DNA of 63,517 bases, counting the filler, from Folioceros fuciformis (taxonomy: Eukaryota): assembly GCA_049999805.1 (NCBI GenBank). It is 21 parts of 21 records of this genome, joined end to end, with 100 filler letters (N's around TTAATTAATTAA, not from the genome) between each part and the next. Parts side by side here need not be neighbours in the genome. Positions count along the whole stretch, not along the records: positions 43,172 to 51,667 come from JBNGIO010000362.1; positions 51,768 to 53,449 come from JBNGIO010000363.1; positions 53,550 to 54,993 come from JBNGIO010000364.1; positions 55,094 to 56,969 come from JBNGIO010000365.1; positions 57,070 to 59,897 come from JBNGIO010000366.1; positions 59,998 to 61,595 come from JBNGIO010000367.1; 15 more parts are not named here. One strand, written 5' to 3'. Shown here piece after piece: positions 47,001-60,309 of the stretch (positions within the stretch are counted from its first letter, which is position 1; each line of letters opens with the position of its first letter). The notes beneath the pieces were generated by a model. The model saw only the letters and a list, made by a program, of their open reading frames with translations, did not search any database and was not told the origin of the DNA. The position numbers and the translations under genes are program-made.

Positions 47001-49782
47001 CTATGCCACTTACATTCAGAACCGCATTGCTTACAGTTGTGTGCCGGAGAAAACTCCATACGATCTCTAGACAGGAAGAAGATCGGGTGTAGCCCACATG
47101 CGAGTTTTTGGCTCTACAGTGTATGCACAAGTCCAAAAAGACATTCTTAAGAAGTTCGAGCCTAAGTTGAAGGAATGCATTTTTGTGGGCTTTGCCGAAG
47201 GCATTAAAGGTTACAAGTTGCTGAATTGACAAACAAGGAAGATGACACACTCAAGAGATGTGGTGTTTGTCGAAGGAGTTGCGCCAAACCTCATAGTGGG
47301 AGAAGTAGCCAGCTCAGAGTGGGATAACGAAGGAGACAACAACTCAGAAGACCAAGAGGAGATCATTGTTGGTGACATGCATGTACCGCTGCCTACACCA
47401 CAACCACAAGGTCAGCAGCAGCAAGTTTCAACCTGTTTGCCTCCACAAGTACCAATAGTCTCCCAGCAAACACCAGCAGCTAACCTAAGGCCAACACTCC
47501 GTACACTTGTAAAGATGTCAACCGAGGAGCCTAAGAGTAAAAAACAAACTCCTTAGCAAAGGAAAACACACAAGTACGCTTACCCGAAGCCAAGGTCTTC
47601 AACAAGGACACGCAAGCCTCCCGACTATTGGGTACCTGAAGACTTTAGGCATCCAAAGTCGCATTTGACTTATTGCCTAGTAGCATACTTGAAGGCTTTT
47701 TGAGCCATAGTCCTATGAAGAAGCATTATCATGCCCTGATGCGAAATTATGGCAAAAGGCCATCGATTTCTGAGCTAGGCTCATTGTATGCGAACAAGAC
47801 CTAGTCCCTAACAAGCCTACTTGCACATCGCAAGGCTGTTGGGTCCAAATGGGTCTTCAAGTCAAAGATGCGGGTAGACGGCAATATCGATAGATACAAA
47901 GCAAGGGTTGTTGTAAAAGGATACTCACAAATTCATGGAGTTGACTACAACAATACATTGAATTTCAGTCCAGTCGTCAAGCTAACAACACTTAGATTGT
48001 TTGTGGCACTTGTAGCAATGGGAGACTATGAACTGGAATAGCTAGACGTGACCACTACTTTCCTATATGGGAACCTCCAAGAGAAAATCTACATGTCAGT
48101 GCCTTCAGGATTTGACATTCCACGTGGCTTGCAAAATCCAGTATGCAAGTTGCATAAATCCTTCTATGGGCTCAAACAGAGCCCAAGGGCCTGGTACTCA
48201 CGCATAGACAGCTATCTCAAGTTGATTGGTTATGAGAACATCAATGCTGATAGCAATGTTTACATAAAGAGAGAAGGGAGAGAGTTTTTGGCACTTGCTA
48301 TATATGTCGACGACATAATTATAATGAGTAACTCCTTCCAGATGATAGAAGAACTGAGACAATAGCTAAGCAGAGCATGCAAGACGACTACTGGAGGAGC
48401 TCTGGCGTTTTGCCTTGGCATGTACTTGCTACGAAATCGCAAGAATGGAACCATATTCAAGAGCATCAGACAAAGTATGCATAAGAAATCCTTGCAAAAT
48501 TCGAGATGAGTAACTGCAAGCCCATCTCAACACCTATCGAGCAAAACACCAAGTATTATGCACAGGTGGGTGACATACTTACAGAGGACGTAGAGAAGGT
48601 ATAACAATATCTTTCTAGAAATGGAAGTGTTATGCATTTGGTGATAGGGTCTCGTCCAGACTTGGCATTTAGCTCTGGCCTGACCTCAAGGTTTGTTTCA
48701 AACCCAAACATGCAGCATAATGCTCTGATGACAAGGCTCTACAGGTATATAGCAACCACCTACGACTAGGACATCATGTATAGCTGAAAATCCAAGAATG
48801 CATTGCAGTTAGTGGCGTATAGTGACGCCGATTGGGCCACCGACCCTGATAGCAAAAAGAGCATTTCTAGCTATGTTACCTTGCTTGCCGAAGGTGCTGT
48901 GGGCTGGAGCAATAGGAGACATACCACAATCACACTCTCTTTGACAGAGGCCGAGTACAAGAGCCTCATAGAGGCCCGCAAAGAGGTAACATGGACAGTG
49001 GGAGCTCTGTGGGAGCTGGGAGTAGTACAAAGTCTACCGGTCAGCTTGTTTTGCGACAATCAAAGTGTGATCTCAGCATGAACCCCCGGTTCCACGCGAG
49101 GACGAAGCACATTGAAATTCAACACCATTATATCTGGGAAGTGATTGCAACAGGAGTGGTGGAGATTATCTACTACCCGACATAAGAGATGACGGCCGAT
49201 ATCCTCACGAAGAGTCTTGGGCGCATTAAGCACTACTAGCACGCCACCGGCCTTGGACTTTGCATTGCAGGAGAACCCATCGAGTGGAGCAGGGTGCCCA
49301 ATCAGCAACTCTAACAGAGCTCGGGCGTAGCCGTGCAATGACTGGAGCACAAGTGAATGAACAAAAGTGATGACGCCGAATAGTTACCATGATGATCACC
49401 ACGATGATCACTGGAATCATGCCTGCCCTTGGGGAAGGTGAGCCCCATAGCCCTCGGGGGAATTTGAGGGTTAAGACTGGATGGTCTTAGCAGTCCGTTA
49501 GTATCAGGGTGGTGGGAAGCTTTTTCCACGTCTTGTCTAGAGGGCTGGACACGAGATCGATTTTTCTCCCGATCCTGTACACATGCTATGTAAATACGTA
49601 GGTAGGGGTCCCCTTGGTATTGTAGGAGGACGACAATATTAATCTGAATATTTTCTTCGTGAAAAAAAAAGCTAAAAAGTCGGCCTACCCAAGTTTCTGG
49701 ATTTTAGGTCTAGGTCGTCCAAGTTTCTTTAGCAAGTTTAAGTTTCTTCTATGTCATGTCGATATAGATAAGCAAACAATAA

Positions 49783-49818
<36 letters not shown>

Positions 49819-49886
49819 GTGTATAGATAGCCCTCTCACCTGAGTGGGAGTGTTAGAGTAGGTTAAGTACTTTAACTTACTAACAG
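44021..49886 (+). mobile_element. Near full-length decayed Ty1/copia element nested in gypsy: 5' LTR 44021-44172, PBS 44173, extra 5' ORF, gag-pol 44992-49270, PPT, truncated 3' LTR 49851-49886
   Basis: TGTTAGAGTAGGTTAAGTAC occurs at 44021 and 49851. Domain order is gag-PR-IN-RT-RH, with many C->T type stops. Confidence 0.95.
49787..49813. repeat. (TA)n microsatellite
   Basis: Direct TA run. Confidence 0.95.
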
Positions 49887-51667
49887 AGACTCAGATCTCC
49901 TGTGAGACTCCTGTTCAGCAAGGTCTGGAATTCAGCTCGAAACTCGTTACCCTGGTCTATGAGCACCTATGCGCAGCTCCCAAATCTGCTGAGCACACAC
50001 TGTAGAAAGGCTCTGCTAGTGTAATGCAAAGTTCTCTGTGGCAAGAAGGCTACCTCAACCCACTTAGAGAAGTCCTCAATCATGACCATGCAATGTCGGT
50101 TACCTTGCTTCGTGAGAGGAAGCTCTGGCATAAGATCAACCGACCATCTGAAAAATAGTCCTATGATTGGTAGGGAGTGCAACATCACATTGTGGGTGTT
50201 GAATATGGCTTTGACTGTGTCACATATAGCAAACTTAGCCACCACCTTCTCAACATCTGCATACAACCTTGACTAGAAATACGTATTCTTCAACATGTGG
50301 TGTGTCCTCTTCACACCAAAGTGGCCAAGGGTTTCGTGCACTTTAGTCACCATCCCAACCCTTTCCTCATGGCTTGGAACTTTCTTCACGAGCTCTCCCT
50401 CTGATAGCGGCAACTCACCATTTCTCCATGAGTATTTGGCCACGCACCTCCTGAGCTTAGCCAAGCCTGCTTCAGTGATTCCAGGCATTATGCTTTCCTT
50501 CAGCAGCTGTAGGGCTTGAGGATGTCTCCACACATCCTTGACAGACTTTGTCAACACCTGTCCTTCTTCATGCTCATCGGTCCCGGCGATGAGTGCCATG
50601 AAGCTATTGGGTGCACCATTTATGTGCCCCTCATCCTGTCGAGCTCCTGTGACATCCTTGTCACTCTCCAGTGGATTTTTGCTTAGCCCATTTGCATTGT
50701 GATGCACCTTGCTTGCCTTGTGCACGACCTCCATATCGTACTCAGATACCAGCAGCACCCACCTAGCTATCTTACCACTCAATTTCATATTGGTCATCAG
50801 CCAATGTAATGGCTAGTTATAAGTGACCAATTGAAAATGCCTTCCATACAGATAAACCCTAAAATGTAGAACTGCCCACACTGCAGCAAGACACTCTCCC
50901 TCATATGAGAAGTAGTTCACTTCATCAGAGTTGTTAGACCGGCTTGCATAAGCCATAACTCATTCAACACCATCTATACCATGCTATAACAACACCGCTC
51001 CAATTCCCGCAGTGCTCCAATTTGTGTACAAAGTGAAAGGAAGATCAAAGTCCGGCCTAGCCAACATAGGCTTCTCCACCAATTGATCCTGCAGATCCTG
51101 CCAAGCCAGCTCCTAGTCTTGGTCCCATTTCCACGCAACGTCCTTCTTCAACAGCTCATACAGAGATTTACAAGTGGAACTGATGTCCATCATAAACCTC
51201 CTGTAATAGTTCACCAACCCCAGGAATGCTCTGAGAGCAGCTACATCCTTTGGCCTAGGCATCTGCATCATCGCCTGCACCTTAGCCAGCTATGGCATAA
51301 TGCCTCCGGGCACTATCTCATGCCCGAGATACTTGATCTGTTGGAAAGAAAACTTGCATTTCTTAGGATGAGCTTTCAAACCTAAGCTAGACAACCTCTG
51401 TAGCAATATCTCCAGATGATCCATATGCTCTTCGATTGTCTCACTGAAAACCATGATGTCATCTATGTAACAATGCACAAATGGCAGCCCCTGTAGCTCT
51501 AGATCCACAACTCTCTGGAAATATATGGAAGCATTCTTCAGCCCAAACGACATCGTCTCCCACTCCCAAGGCTGGTCCTTCCCCCCAAAGGCTGTCTTGC
51601 ACTTATCCTACTCTTCAATTACAATTTGGTTGAAGCCTGAGCAAAAATCCAAGCTGGTAAAGAATTT
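49887..51667 (-). mobile_element. Ty3/gypsy RT-RNase H-integrase fragment
   Basis: MSFGLKNA, CYIDD, KYLGH, RWVLLVSEYD, GHFG, SKWVEV in gypsy order RT-RH-IN. Confidence 0.93.
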
Positions 51668-51767
51668 NNNNNNNNNNNNNNNNNNNNNNNNNNNNNNNNN
51701 NNNNNNNNNNNTTAATTAATTAANNNNNNNNNNNNNNNNNNNNNNNNNNNNNNNNNNNNNNNNNNNN

Positions 51768-53449
51768 AGTTGGAAGTTTGATGTATGCCATGATAGGAAC
51801 GCGTTTGGACATTGCAAAAGCAGTGGGAGTAGTGAGCCAATTTATGTAGAATCCCGGAAAACAACATTGGATTGCAGTAAAGAGGATCATGCGATACTTG
51901 GGAGGTACAAGCAACATGTGGTTGGAGTTTTCAGGTGCAAACAAAGACCCCAATGTTGTTGGGTATTGTGATTCAGATTGGGCAAGTGATTTAGATGATA
52001 GAAGATCAACAACCGGATTCGCCTTTACCCTAGGAGAAGGTGCCATCACCTGGAACAGCAAGAAGCAACACTCTGTGGCCATATCCACTGTGGAGGCTGA
52101 GTACATGGCATCTACTCAAGCCACCAAGAAGGCCGTGTGGTTGAGAAAGCTAATGGAGGACATTGGTTATAAGCAGCAGCAGCCAACCACTCTTAGAAGT
52201 GATAGCCAAGGAAGTATGGCTTTGATCAAGAACTCGGTACACCATGCGAGGACAAAGCATATTGATATTCAACATCACTTTGTGCGCGAGAAGATGAAGC
52301 TATTGGAGGTTGCCTTTGAGTATTGCCAAACGGAGGAAATGGCTGTAGACTTTTTAACCAAGGCAGTCAGCAAGTTCAAGTTTGAGAAATGCAGAGGATT
52401 GCTTGGATTGAAGCAAACTCAAGTGCGCTGAGTGGGAGTGTTAAGAGTGATTAGTGCTGAGAGTAATTAGTGATAATCCAGCTTATTGAGTTTTCTTAAT
52501 TAGTGTGCTAAGAGTGATTAGCATTTAGGGTGTTTTAGGGTTGGGAGCATTTATCCCATATTGGGCATGAAATAAGAGTGCCACCCTTAGGTCCATAAAA
52601 GGAGGAATGAACCAACCTAGTTTGTGTGGTCTAACCCCCACCCTCGTTACTTGTATTATGCTGTTGTTTTGAGAGCTTTTGAGTTCCCCAATTTATTTTG
52701 TTTTAGAGCCTTGTTTAAGAGCTCGTAATTTGAGATGCTTCATCTTGGTTTTCTAACCAAGTTCTAACGCTATCCAAGCATGGCGGGGACTTCATCTCAA
52801 TAGGTTATGGGCCCACACACGCAAGGGACCGTCACCCTGCAAGTGATTTCCAAGTTTGGAGGCGACAACTTCAACTTGTGGAAATTCAAGATGCGAATGC
52901 TGTTGGCTGAAAAAGGCCTTTGGGGAATTGTGTCGGGGACTGAAGTGCGTCCCGTTGAACCGGAGAGACAGCCCAAGTGGGATGAGTATGCAGGCAAGGC
53001 ATTTGCAAACATTTGTTTCAACCTCAATGATGCACAATTGATGCATGTAACTACTTGCAAGTCAGCAAGGAAGCTTGGTTGAAATTAGAGGCCTTGTATG
53101 AGAACAAAAGCCTTGTCAATCGATTGTTTTTGAGGCATAGATTCTTTTCCATCCAAATGGCTGAGAGTGATAGTGTGATTGAGCATGTGGATAAAGTGAG
53201 AAGTCTTTCACAACAGTTGGCAGCTATTGGAGCACCTGTGACAGACGATGACCTTGTGATGACTCTTCTCGCAAGTCTTCCGAAGTCCTACAATAATCTT
53301 ATTGTAGCCTTGGAGTCTAGAGTAGATACTCTTACCTTTGAGTTTGTTGTGGGAAGGCTACTTCATGAAGAGACTAAGCACAAGGAGAAGGGGAAGGTCT
53401 CAGAAGAATCGGCCTTTGTGACCAAGAAGAATGAGGATGGATTAGCTAA
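51768..53449 (+). mobile_element. Ty1/copia tandem junction: RNase H - PPT - single LTR (52439-52802) - half-tRNA PBS (52803-52816) - gag
   Basis: YCDSDWA...TKHIDI; PPT GAGTGGGAG; LTR TGTTAAGA...TCTCAATA; PBS GGTTATGGGCCCAC; gag KFGGDNFNLWKFKM. Confidence 0.9.
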
Positions 53450-56400
53450 NNNNNNNNNNNNNNNNNNNNNNNNNNNNNNNNNNNNNNNNNNNNTTAATTA
53501 ATTAANNNNNNNNNNNNNNNNNNNNNNNNNNNNNNNNNNNNNNNNNNNNACCTGTAGGCGAGCTTGGTTGGCACGGATTGCTCTCAAAAATTGAGACTTC
53601 ACAGCTAGGCCTTCACTCGTGCCGACCGTGATGATATCGATCATAGGGGGCTCAGGCGATGGAAGGACCTCTGGAAGCCTTCACAACAGGGACTATGATG
53701 TGACCGGAAAGGGCAGCAAGGTTGGAGTCATTTATAGCTGGGATGCGTAACGGGACCAGAGACTGCTGCAGCCAGGAGGAGTGCTAACTGCTGACGCCGG
53801 CAGAGACCAGACCCGTGTCGTTTTTTGGGAGTTTGACAACCGTGTGACGCCGGTCAGCTTTGGGACGGATCACGCCACTGCAGCTTCATTTGTCAGAGAA
53901 GTGTTCACGGCGAACCTTCTTCCAGTCAAAGCCCCGTTTTCTTTTCCCCCTTTGGGCCCTCTTCCGGGCTCTTCCCCTCTCCTCACGGGGTCACGGGATC
54001 TCCGATCTCTTAAAACTAAATAGAAAAATACAGTGTGCGTCTCTGAGGTGGAACAGGTAGGTTTCCGGGAAGCCGTCCAGTTCCTTTCCCCGCATGTGGC
54101 AGTACTGGCTGGCCTCGGGAGTCACGGAGGTGACTGTGCATCATCAGATCCTCGAGTCCTTAGCATGGGGAAGCTGGTTTCATTTAGAACTGTGGCTACC
54201 ATGCCGTCCAGCCACAGGGCGCGGCGCTTGTTTCATTGCAACTCGCACACCAACGATTTGTGTTCCTGTCGCACACATATGACAGCAGCTGACGCCAGCC
54301 CTCCCCTCATGTGGCACAGGCAGGGGTCACGATCCTGGACCACCTCACTTCAGTGCATCCTGGATAACCAGGAAGCCTCGTGGGATAGTCTCCCATCAGT
54401 CGATCGCAAGCCTAGGGAGTTACTTTGCCTACACTAGGGCTCTACAGGCGCATGGTGAATCCAAGCAGGTTGCGAAGCCGACGAGTGAGAGTGGGATAGT
54501 GAACATTTTTAGGAGGAAAGAGCACATCCATTGATCCCAAGTTGAACGTTGAGTCAGGCAAGCTGGTTGTTCAGTCTCCTGCGAGTGCAAGAGGCTTGGC
54601 CGCTAACTAGGTCTATGCCTTGGCCCTGAAAACAACACATGCTCCACAGTGACTGTGTGAAATTATTGTGCACCATCTTCTCTTCCTTGGCGCCGGAGTG
54701 CCAACTGCTGCCACTGGAGGACCCTTACGTGTTGCCCTGGGGCTTGCTCACAGTTTACTTGAAAGGTGAAACAAGCATCCGATTCAGCCCGGATGGATGT
54801 GTGGTGGCCTAGTCTTGGACATTCACACAAGGTGCTGATAACAGCAGATGGCTCGAATCGTCCATCATGATGAAATTGAACATCATACTGTACAAGTAGT
54901 GGAGTGGCGCAGGAGATGAACCAGTACCACTCAGTGGGCAGCAGGGCTATTCCCTGATGCACCAGCCTGCACGCACTGGATGTGGGGTGAAGCNNNNNNN
55001 NNNNNNNNNNNNNNNNNNNNNNNNNNNNNNNNNNNNNTTAATTAATTAANNNNNNNNNNNNNNNNNNNNNNNNNNNNNNNNNNNNNNNNNNNNTCTCTTT
55101 CTCTCTCTCTCTATAACTCACACTTTCTCTCTCTATCTCCTTCTCCTCTTCCCCCGCTCTAATTTACCCCACGGCTTACTTTTCCGACTTATGCCTCTTG
55201 ACGGTCACGTTCTTCCTCCCTTGCTGGTGAACGTCCTCCCCTCATTACACACGCCCTTCCGACCACTCACGTCTACGCGTTGTCCCTCTTTGGGATTGAA
55301 GGCATTCAGTTCATATACCCGTTCACGTTCTTATACGACTCCTAATCAATCCGCGCACCCTCGTCGACTGCCATATTCTACTCCCATCCTCAGCCGGTCT
55401 CACACACCCACTCGCGCATCCTCTCGCCTCAATCTCACACACATATAGTCATCTCTTTACCTCACGATATTTCGTCTCAGCGTATAGGCCCATCTCGCTT
55501 TTGTCACAACCTTTTACTCCATGCACTTTCTTGTCGACCACGACCACCCCGTCGCAGCGCCACACACCCGCTGATGAGCTCCTCAGCTCAATCTTCGCCA
55601 ACCCTAGGCTTACACACCCACAGTCACCACAGTCACCACAGTTATTCCGTCACACAACCTCTTCCTTCTAACATTGCCACCCTCACGACCCACGGCCGCT
55701 CACCGCTTTCGCAACATCAGTCACTCCGACTCACATTACTCCTCCACCAACATACATTCATGGGCACTCTTACACACACACCCACTCATTTTTCAACCCA
55801 CTCATGACTCTCAACATACGCCTCCACCTCGCCCGTCCTGGGCCTCTCTTCCCTTTGAAATTGAAGGAATGGTGGGTAATCGAAGGCTAAGGGAAGGGGT
55901 ATCCACTTCCACTCCGGACCCGCAGATTCGGCCTCCAGCACCTTTACCACTCCACACAACCGTCACAGGAATAGCTGGGGAGTTTGTCTCCCACTCGGTG
56001 AGGTCTCTCCTCCCGATTCGTTCCCGGTCTCCGATTACGGAGCATCCACCACCTGCACCCACACCTTCAGAGCAGTATGAGCACTCGCTTGCCTGGACCT
56101 CCTGTCCAGCAACGGCCATTGCTAGGCTTCCACAAGGTCGGAATGTCTGGCTGGTTTCTAGTTGATTTTTCCAAGGACTCAACCTGGCCTCTTGTACACG
56201 GTAGTGGTGGTCTTTCCGCCATAAAGTCTGCTAGGAGGCAATCAGCGCTCTTAAATTCTGAGCGGCTTAGGTCCAAGCAAAAACAATCTAAAAAAAACTA
56301 GTCTACATTGTAATTACTGTTGCCTCCCTCTTTGCCGCTGGCGCGTTCCTCCTGGCCGTCGTGCTCCTCCCCCTACTGGTCCGCCTCTGGTCCTCCTGCC

Positions 56401-57069
56401 CCGCCGCTGGTTAGGCAGGTCCTCCCATAGGACCTCCACCTCATTGCTACTGCTGCTGGCCCTCGCTGGTGGCGGCGCAGGTGGGTCCCGTTACAGGAAA
56501 TCCCTCTCCTCCCTCCGTTGCCGATTACTGAGGATGAGGACAGGCTCCCGTTCAACCCACCGCTACGCCTCCTCCTCCGTCAGTTCCTCCAAGACTGCCT
56601 CAGAATAGCAGTGAGGCAGCCCCCATACCCGCCAACGGTAGTAGTAGATGCCCCTGCGGGTCTTCAGTTGTAGGCCGTAGCCCCGCGTCCCTCCTGTGCC
56701 CATACGTACATACAAAAACAGCTTCTGAACTCGGGCTCCCTCCACATAGAGGCCTGGCACATAAGAAGCCTCCTCCTCATACTGCAGCATAACCTGACCC
56801 TTTGTCATAAGGGAGGTGCTTACCCCTTCCTCCCTTGGGCTACCTCAGGCTGCTTGACCCTTGCTCTCCTGGGGTACCTAAGAGTCCTCCATCCCTCCGG
56901 CTGCTACTGCTTCCCCCGGCTCAGTCCGCCTGGTGCGAGTCGCCCTCCTGGAACGCCTGAGCACAGGCGNNNNNNNNNNNNNNNNNNNNNNNNNNNNNNN
57001 NNNNNNNNNNNNNTTAATTAATTAANNNNNNNNNNNNNNNNNNNNNNNNNNNNNNNNNNNNNNNNNNNN

Positions 57070-59600
57070 CCTAATGATTATTGGGCAGAAGCAGTGATGA
57101 CAGCAGTGTATGTACTGAATCGAACTCCTACGGCAGGAATTCATGATGCTACACCAATTGAGAGACTGTATGGCTATAAGGCGGATATTAGGCACTTGAA
57201 AGTGTTTGGGTGCATTGCATATGTGCATGTACCTGGTGAGAAGCGTAGGAAGCTGGATCCTAAAGTAGTGAAGAGTGTTTTTTTGGGGTATGCACGAAAT
57301 AGGAAGGTATATAAGTGTTATGTGTCATCCAAACATGAGATCCTGATAAGCAGGGATGTGGTATTTGATGAGTTATCCTCCTGGAATAGCAACTCAGTTG
57401 CACTACCCTCTGACGAACCCACAGGGGAGAGTACTGTTAAGAATACTCCAGCAAAGAGTGAGGATGTGACCAATGGTGGATCACCAACGGTGAATCCATG
57501 GTCTAGAAGACTACGGAATGGTAAACCGAAGACCACTGACCCGGATATGTCAGTGAGGGGGAGAGTAGAAAGCAGCAAAACTAGAAATAAGGGATATGAA
57601 TCCTCAAGTAGTGAGAGCATTGACAGTGAGTTTGGCATTCCGTCTGTGGAAACGCCAGGTGCTAAGGAGCAACAATATCCAAGGCAGGTTCAAAATGAAC
57701 CAAGACCAAGGAGATCTAAGAGGTTAAGGAAACCCATTGACAGGTACACCTATACAAGCTACAATGCGCAACATTATGCGTATATGACAAGGGTCATAGC
57801 TTGTAAGGAGCCAACCAAGTTTGCTGAGGCAGTGACAGATGATAAGTGGTGTCGAGCCATGGATGAAGAATACTCAGCATTAGTTAAGAACGGAACGTGG
57901 GATTTGGTTCAATTGCCTGATGACAAGGTTCCTATTGGTTCTAAGTGGGTGTACAAGCTGAAGTTCAAGTCAGATGGAACGCTGGAGCGTTACAAGGCCA
58001 GGTTGGTTGCAAAGGTATATGCACAACAGTATGGTCTTGATTATGAGGAAACCTTTAGTCCAGTAGCCAAGATGACAATTGTAAGGATAGTCATAGCATT
58101 AGCAGCAGTTGAAGGATGGAAGTTATGGCAAATGGATGTCAAGAATGCCTTCTTGAATGGTGAGTTGCAGGAGGAAGTGTACGTGGAACAACTTGAAGGC
58201 TATGTTCATCCTAAGTTTCCAACATACGTCTGCAAACTGAAGAAGGCATTGTATGGACACAAACAGGCACCTAGAGCATGGAATGCTCGTATCACAAGCT
58301 ATTTGAAGGAGCGAGGGTTTGTGATTGGAGAGGCAGATCACAGTCTGTTTGTAAAACAGACCAAGGTAGGACAAGTGTGTCTTGTCGTTTATTTTGACGA
58401 CCTGATCATCACAGGAGATGATGCAGATGGTATTGCAGATGTCAAGGCAAATCTGCAAAAAGAGTTCAAGGTGAAGGATCTTGGTGAACTCAAATACTTC
58501 TTAGGAATTGAGGTTGTGTCTACACCTCAAGGAATCTGGCTATTCTAAAAACAATATGCTAAGGATATGTTGCAGAAGTATGGCATGGCAGATTGCAAAG
58601 CGATGGATACAGCATTGGAGCATAACGTCAAGCTGCAAATGGATGTAGGAGCTGAGCTGGAAAATGTGATTATGTATCGACAGATGGTCGGAAGTTTGAT
58701 CTACTTGACTATGACACGTCTTGACTTAAGTTATGCAGTGGGACTGATTAGTCAATTCATGCAGAACCCAAGGAAACCGCACTTGGATGCAGTTAGAAGA
58801 ATCATGAGATATGTAAAAGGAACTACTGAGTTTGGATTTCTCTATGAGCATAGGAAGCATCTTGAAATGATAGGATATACAGATGCTGATTGGGCTGGTT
58901 GTGCGTATGACAGAAGATCAAAAAGTGGATATGCATTCAGTCTGGGAAAGTAGTATGATCAGCTGGCAAAGCAAGAAACAACCGACAGTTGCTTTGTCAA
59001 GCACAGAAGCAGAGTATCGAGGAGCTGCAATGGCAACCTGTGAAGCAGCATGGTTGCAGAAGTTGCTACATGATCTTGGAAATATAGTGAACAGCAAGGT
59101 TACAATCTACTGTGACAACATGAGTAGCATGAGGTTGGTTTCTAATCCTGTGTTTCATGCTCGTTCGAAGCACATAGAAGTACATTATCACTTCGTCAGG
59201 GAAGCGGTATTATCTGAGAAGATAGATCTTCGGCACGTGAAGACCGACGACCAGGTAGCAGATATCTTTACTAAGTCTCTAGGTAGAGATAAGTTCTTAC
59301 ACTTTCGTGAACTACTTGGAGTGTTACAAATAGTCTGAGCTTGAGGAGGAGTGTTAGAAATCAAGCTCTAACTGAATTGTTATTAAGAGCATACAACACT
59401 TAGGATAGTGTAGATTATCCCATATTGAACTCGTAGTTATCTATCACATAAGTGTTATCAGGATATATCACGATATACTAGGATATTGCACCCTCGAGAC
59501 TAAGGCGTACCTTATCGAGGGTTGCCCCGCCTAAAGGCTACATATGTAGCATCTTATGCACCATAAGTAAGGAACTGTGGAGTCCTTATAAGCCTGTGGT
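57070..59600 (+). mobile_element. Ty1/copia integrase-RT-RNase H, PPT and 3' LTR start (59352)
   Basis: VFGCIAY, SRDVVFDE, QMDVKNAFLNG, YTDADWAG, ADIFTK; GAGGAGGAG then TGTTAG. Confidence 0.95.
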
Positions 59601-60309
59601 GCTATTTCAACAAGTAGCAGGCAGGAGGGTGGATTCCTGGGTGGATGTGGTGTGCAGGATCATGTTGCTGGGGTTGGGAGAGCTAGCAGATCAAGCATTG
59701 TTGGAGATTCGAGCATCGTTTGGGATGCTGCAGGAGGCATTGCGGATTCGTGTCTGTGGAGGCAAAACCCCGGGCACTGATTGCCGACGGGTTCCACCTT
59801 TAGTGGCCACACTTATCCCACTGTCGTTGAGACATTGGGTTTCGTTCCCACGAAGGAGCGATGGGGTTCCTTGCTGCTGTGGATGGAGGGTCGGACTNNN
59901 NNNNNNNNNNNNNNNNNNNNNNNNNNNNNNNNNNNNNNNNNTTAATTAATTAANNNNNNNNNNNNNNNNNNNNNNNNNNNNNNNNNNNNNNNNNNNNGGG
60001 GGGTAGCATATATAGAGACCTAAGGGGTCCCGGACCACCAAAGGCCAAGGACATACCCCACTCACCTACCTACAGACCTGATCCTTAATGTTCTCAATGA
60101 CCCGAGGGCCAAGGAGTCACTCGCTCATTCCCCCTCCTTGTCCCGGTCTCCAGTACACCCCAAACCCCGAAGCCCAAGGGGGACTTTGGGTATAAATACC
60201 CTAGTCTTATTCACCTACTAAGCCGATTCGCTTGTCCCTTCACAAAAAAAATCACAACCTGCTCATTCCGTCGCTCAAAATGGGAGTTCCGAAAGTTTTT
60301 TTCGTTCAC

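Noticed and set aside
49226-49529. Short antisense ORFs 3' of pol, one with a hydrophobic start
   Set aside because: Under 75 aa and no homologue in the window; cannot be called env-like.
53550-56969. Two contigs with short ORFs, incl. 56563-56808 (YYYRWRVWG, chromodomain-like guess)
   Set aside because: Similarity is too weak and no supported feature was found.
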